Below, piece after piece: positions 30,308 through 33,950 of a stretch of DNA of 33,950 nt. Made by a program: the position numbers and the translations under genes. Source of the stretch: Candidatus Adlerbacteria bacterium RIFCSPHIGHO2_02_FULL_54_18 (GTDB lineage Bacteria; Patescibacteriota; Minisyncoccia; Phycocordibacterales; SBAW01); the NCBI GenBank assembly GCA_001775445.1, contig MEWV01000009.1, forward strand, positions 1 to 33,950, read 5' to 3'. Below the pieces are notes generated by a model. That model made no database searches. It was not told the origin of the DNA and worked only from the letters and a program-made list of their open reading frames with translations. The stretch's first letter is position 1, and every line of letters begins with the position of its first letter.

Positions 30308-31129
30308 ATGGCAAATGTTCCCAGCACACTACACGGTATGGATGCGCTCAAGGCGCACAAGAGCACTGCGGGCCAGGTGCTCAACCTCTACAAACAGTTG
30401 GGCGAGACGCCTCTGGAGCGGCTGGAGCGTCTGCGGGTGCAAAAGCCCCACTACGAGCACGAGGTGCTCTCCTATGCGGGTCGGCTCGACCCTATGGCCG
30501 AGGGGGTACTGCTTGCGCTGGTGGGTTCCGCCAATAAGCGCCGCGACGCGTATCTAGAACTATCTAAAGAGTACACGCTCGATATACTTTTTGGCTTCTC
30601 CACCGACACCTACGACATCCTCGGCCGCGTGATGGAAACAGGAGACCCTCAGGAGATAGAGCGCGTTGCAATACAAAAAGGGCTCAATGAGTTTCGTGGG
30701 CATATTGACCAGGAGTACCCGCCTTACAGCAGCAAGACGGTCGAGGGTAAATCTCTCTTTGCATGGGCGCGTAACAATGCGCTGGGTGCTCTTGTTATGC
30801 CGAGCCGCTCGGTGACAATCTACCACATCGACATTATTGAGATGTACAAAGTGTCCGAGTCGATGCTCCTAAACTATATCGAAGACGGTGTCTCGCGTGT
30901 CACCGGGGACTTTCGGCAAGAAGAAGTATTGCGCCTCTGGCGCCAGCATCTCAAAAAAGAAGGGGATCGCTTCTTCCCCGCGGTTACCGTGCATATCGAG
31001 TGTACCAGCGGCACCTACGCGCGATCCGTTGCGCACGGGCTCGGGGTCGAGCTTGGATGCCCCGCCCTTGCCCTGCATATCCTCCGCACCAAAGTGGGCG
31101 AGTACAGCGTTGAAAAAAGCTTGAAATAA
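30308..31129 (+). CDS. truB: tRNA pseudouridine synthase B family
   Basis: YAGRLDPMAEGVLLALVGSANK carries the catalytic Asp motif. LDILFGFSTDTYDILG and QEYPPYSSK are also present. The 30176 start in the track overlaps hisS. Confidence 0.85.
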   Translation: MANVPSTLHGMDALKAHKSTAGQVLNLYKQLGETPLERLERLRVQKPHYEHEVLSYAGRLDPMAEGVLLALVGSANKRRDAYLELSKEYTLDILFGFSTDTYDILGRVMETGDPQEIERVAIQKGLNEFRGHIDQEYPPYSSKTVEGKSLFAWARNNALGALVMPSRSVTIYHIDIIEMYKVSESMLLNYIEDGVSRVTGDFRQEEVLRLWRQHLKKEGDRFFPAVTVHIECTSGTYARSVAHGLGVELGCPALALHILRTKVGEYSVEKSLK

Positions 31130-31146
31130 TTCTTGGAGCGGGCGCT

Positions 31147-31434
31147 TTATTTCGCCAACGAAGGAAACACTTCTATTTCTATTTTTGAAACACGGTCTTC
31201 TATCGTTCTCTTTTGTTCTAGTTCCGCATCCATGCGGCGGTGCAGGCCTTCTATTTTTCCATTTACTCCTTCAAAACCGGTATTCATCTCCGCTTTTGTT
31301 GCCATAGTTGTCTCCATGTGCACAAATCCCTGCGCCACCGCGGCGGTTAGGTCATCAACCGCCTTGCTGGTAGCGGTAACTACCTTAGCCAGTGTGTCTA
31401 CTTTTTCTTCGATTCGTTGTAGTCTCTCCTCCAT
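31147..31434 (-). CDS. small coiled-coil protein, 95 aa, unknown function
   Basis: MEERLQRIEEKVDTLAKVV...MATKAEMNTGFEGVNGKIEGLHRRMDAELEQKRTIEDRVSKIE is heptad-rich. It starts 20 nt after the nrdB stop and has lower GC3 than its neighbours. Confidence 0.45.
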   Translation of the reverse strand: MEERLQRIEEKVDTLAKVVTATSKAVDDLTAAVAQGFVHMETTMATKAEMNTGFEGVNGKIEGLHRRMDAELEQKRTIEDRVSKIEIEVFPSLAK

Positions 31435-31454
31435 GTCATCGTTACTATATCATA

Positions 31455-32447
31455 CTACCAGTCTAGTTCCCCGGTCTTATATTCTGTAACTCTCGTCTCA
31501 AAAAAGTTCTTCTCCTTGGGCATATCCATGATCTCGCTCATCCAGGGGAAGGGGTTGTCTTTGTGATACTGCCGCTCCAGACCGATGCGCTCGAGTCGAC
31601 GGTCGGCGACATGCTCGACATACTGTTTTACCGAAGCGGGGGCGAGCCCCAACACCCCGCGCGGCAGGGCATCCTCGGCATACTTTTTTTCCAGCTCGAC
31701 GCCACGCTTTATCTTTTCTACAAGGTCTTTTTTAAACTCAACGGTCCAGATGGCCGGATTTTCTTGCACAATGGTGTTTATAAGGTCGGCGCCAAAGGCC
31801 AAGTGTACCGACTCGTCGCGGAGGATAAACTGAAACTGCTCTCCCACTCCCACCATCCTGTTTTTACGCAGCATACTAAGCATCATTGCAAACCCCGCAT
31901 AAAAGAAGATCCCTTCCATAATGACGTAGTAGCCCACTAAGTCGTGGACAAACTTTTGGATATTTTCCAAGCTGTCGGTCTTAAAGTTCGGGTCAAAGAC
32001 CGACTTCGTCATCTCCACCACAAAGTCATCCTTTTCCTTGATTGAGGGGATGGTCTCATACATTTTGTATATCTCGTCGGGGTCGAGAGCGAGCGTGTCG
32101 CAGCAGTAGATAAAAGTGTCGGTATGTACTGCCTCCTCGTAGGACTGTCGCAGGAGATACTGTCGGCACTCGGGGTTGGTGATGTGCCGGTAGATTGCCA
32201 AGACCAGATTATTTGCGGTTAAGGACTCGGCGGTAGAAAAGAAGCCCAAGTTCCAGAGGATCATCCGGCGTTCATCTTCGCTCAAAGCGCCGGGCTTCTT
32301 CCACAGCTCGACATCTTGTTGCATAGAAACTTCCTCGGGTACCCAGTTGTTGGCAACGCCTTTTTTGTAGTGCGTACGCGCCCACGGATACTTCATCGGC
32401 AAAATCTTGTTTGGGTCTGTCGAGCCGCCGCCGTTTATAACTCCCAT
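31455..32447 (-). CDS. nrdB: ribonucleotide reductase class I small (beta) subunit
   Basis: Di-iron ligand motifs (SYEEAVHTDTF, EGIFFYAGFAMM, RDESVHLAFG). C-terminal tail TEYKTGELDW. Confidence 0.93.
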   Translation of the reverse strand: MGVINGGGSTDPNKILPMKYPWARTHYKKGVANNWVPEEVSMQQDVELWKKPGALSEDERRMILWNLGFFSTAESLTANNLVLAIYRHITNPECRQYLLRQSYEEAVHTDTFIYCCDTLALDPDEIYKMYETIPSIKEKDDFVVEMTKSVFDPNFKTDSLENIQKFVHDLVGYYVIMEGIFFYAGFAMMLSMLRKNRMVGVGEQFQFILRDESVHLAFGADLINTIVQENPAIWTVEFKKDLVEKIKRGVELEKKYAEDALPRGVLGLAPASVKQYVEHVADRRLERIGLERQYHKDNPFPWMSEIMDMPKEKNFFETRVTEYKTGELDW

Positions 32448-32457
32448 AAGTGTCTAC

Positions 32458-32487
32458 ATTTTACGTGTCTGGCATGGCAAAGGGCAA
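32458..32487 (-). promoter_or_regulatory. possible nrdB promoter
   Basis: On the minus strand, TTGCCC (32482-32487) is followed by an 18-nt spacer and TAAAAT (32458-32463), 10 nt before the ATG. Confidence 0.3.
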
Positions 32488-32590
32488 GGGGATTGCTCAC
32501 CAAAAAACACTTACTTAAAACATGATAGGGTTGAATATTATGGCAGAAGTGTTACAGTATCTGTGGCTTCTCGCTCGGGGCTTTTTTTAT

Positions 32591-32812
32591 TTAGTACTGA
32601 CTACGTTCCAGACGAGTTATCCGTCGACCGTGGGTAATGAGCGTTCTGGCATCCCGACTTACTGTCTTTGCGATAGCATCGACATCTTCTTTCATCACTA
32701 AGATATCTTGCTCCATATGACCCTGGGACTTCTTTATATCCTTAAGTTCCTTATCCACTTGGTCAAAGCGCTCAACCATTAACTCAAGTATTTGTTTTGT
32801 ATCTTTTTCCAT
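32591..32812 (-). CDS. small coiled-coil protein, 73 aa, unknown function
   Basis: MEKDTKQILELMVERFDQVDKELKDIKKSQGHMEQDILVMKEDVDAIAKTV... Its ATG lies 4 nt after the nrdA TAA. Visibly AT-richer than the nrd genes. Confidence 0.45.
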   Translation of the reverse strand: MEKDTKQILELMVERFDQVDKELKDIKKSQGHMEQDILVMKEDVDAIAKTVSRDARTLITHGRRITRLERSQY

Positions 32813-32816
32813 ATTT

Positions 32817-33950
32817 TTACGCGCTACAAGATTCGCAGGTTTCGCCTACTATTTCGACTTTGCCCAGGGTGGGGACGACTGTCTTTTCGCCGAAGGCGGG
32901 AATCCCTTTTGACACATAGGTGGCGGGGGATGAGTTGACCGCCGGAGCTTTTTTGGCAAGTTCTATCAGGTCGAGTTGCCCGGCGCGCACCTGTTCGGCC
33001 TCTACAATAGCGGCCACTTCTCCCACGCTCATGGGAGAGGGTACAGAATGGGTTGTATCATTTATACTGGAGCGCGAGCTCTCAATCCCACTTTGCGACA
33101 GCATCATCACTCTCTCCTCGACGATTATAGTCGAGGCCACCGATGAGTTGCTCCCGTCTTGTTTTGTCGTGCTGCCAAATTTTGCCATATTGACCGTCGA
33201 CTTTTCTACGCGTGAGGCGCCCATAGTACGCAGGTAGTAGGTGGTTTTTAGCCCCAGGCCCCACGCATATTGGTATAGTTCAGAGAGTATGCGCCCAGAG
33301 GTTCCGCCGTAGAAGATGTTGAGCGACTGCGACTGGTCTATCCAGCGTCCGCGGTAGGCGGCGGCCTTGATGAGCCATTGCGGCTCAATCTCGAATGCCT
33401 CTTTGTATTTATCGCGCAGCGCCGGAGGGATCTCCATTATTTCCTGTATCGATCCGTCGTAGAATTTTATCTTTTCGAGCATGTCGGCGCTCCACAGGCC
33501 GAGGCGTTTTAGGTCTTCTACAAGAAACTCGTTGACTATCATAAAGTCGCCCGCCATGTTGGATTTGACATAGATGTTTTTGTAAATGGGTTCGATTGTC
33601 GGGTAGCAGCCGGCGATATTGGCGGTCGAGGCCGTTGGAGCGTTGGCCATCGTGTTTGAGTTGCGCATACCCCACTGCCTCACCGCCTCGCGCACCAACC
33701 GCCACTCAAGTGTCTCGTGGCGCGGGACATCAATAGTGGTGCCGCGCTCCTGTTCGAGCAGAGCAAGAGTGTCTTGGGGGAAGATTCCGCGGTCCCACTT
33801 GGAGCCCTTATACGTCTCGTAGGTACCGCGCTCTTTCGCAAGGAGCGCCGAGGAGAGTATGGCGTGATAGGCAATCGCCTCCATCGACTCGTCAGAAAAA
33901 CGCACCGCTTCGTCGGAGTCGAAGTTGATGTTGAGTTTGTAGAGAGCGTC
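32817..33950 (-). CDS. nrdA: ribonucleotide reductase class I large (alpha) subunit, C-terminal part; gene continues beyond the right edge
   Basis: NSNTMANAPTASTANIAG, SQSLNIFY, GLKTTYYLRT and the C-terminal CESC redox pair. The frame stays open upstream of the track start (..DALYKLNINFDSDEAVRFSDES), so the GTG at 33905 is internal. Confidence 0.9.
   Translation of the reverse strand, partial: DALYKLNINFDSDEAVRFSDESMEAIAYHAILSSALLAKERGTYETYKGSKWDRGIFPQDTLALLEQERGTTIDVPRHETLEWRLVREAVRQWGMRNSNTMANAPTASTANIAGCYPTIEPIYKNIYVKSNMAGDFMIVNEFLVEDLKRLGLWSADMLEKIKFYDGSIQEIMEIPPALRDKYKEAFEIEPQWLIKAAAYRGRWIDQSQSLNIFYGGTSGRILSELYQYAWGLGLKTTYYLRTMGASRVEKSTVNMAKFGSTTKQDGSNSSVASTIIVEERVMMLSQSGIESSRSSINDTTHSVPSPMSVGEVAAIVEAEQVRAGQLDLIELAKKAPAVNSSPATYVSKGIPAFGEKTVVPTLGKVEIVGETCESCSA

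Noticed and set aside
32448-32590. NrdR-box operator upstream of nrdB.
   Set aside because: I see only a weak 7-bp inverted pair (AACACTT/AAGTGTT on the minus strand) 34 nt apart. There is no 16-bp acaCwAtATaTwgTgt-like palindrome, and no nrdR gene in the window.
32817-33230. Long (~135-residue) tail between the TYYLRT motif and the C-terminal CESC of NrdA. I considered an intein or inserted domain, and also scanned dnaE and rpoBC for inteins.
   Set aside because: There are no intein block motifs (no Cys/Ser-initiated splice junction followed by a terminal HN-C/S/T), and the sequence is low-complexity Ser/Ala/Val-rich. It is probably just an extended flexible tail, and the length comparison rests on my memory of other NrdA proteins.

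Overview
Dense, mostly housekeeping stretch from a GC-rich but streamlined bacterial genome. My inference, which cannot be checked here, is an uncultivated small-genome lineage such as CPR/Patescibacteria. Gene order: thrS (5' part, minus strand), a two-gene cassette of unknown function, dnaE, a low-GC islet (tiny membrane protein plus an orphan Cas2/PaaX-like gene bracketed by 40-bp direct repeats), rnhB, a small Cys-rich ORF, rpmF, nusB fused to a Nudix-like domain, rnc, a 719-aa SMC with no visible hinge, a class I/II aminotransferase, rnr, rpsP-KH-trmD (no rimM or rplS), rpoB and rpoC as one 2285-codon frame, dnaG-rpoD, a PD-(D/E)XK nuclease, a DsbA-like protein, a SleB-like wall hydrolase, a DEDD exonuclease coupled to hisS, truB, and nrdA/nrdB interleaved with two small coiled-coil ORFs. 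I saw no rRNA, tRNA, CRISPR array, transposase or integrase. I found no recognisable multi-gene defence or mobile system. The most unusual items are the rpoBC fusion, the hinge-less mini-SMC, the NusB-Nudix fusion, the repeat-bracketed Cas2-like cassette, a ThrRS lacking its editing domain, and a recurrent extended -10 element 6-8 nt upstream of start codons, which implies widespread leaderless mRNAs. All functional calls rest on motif recognition in the supplied translations. No database search was run.
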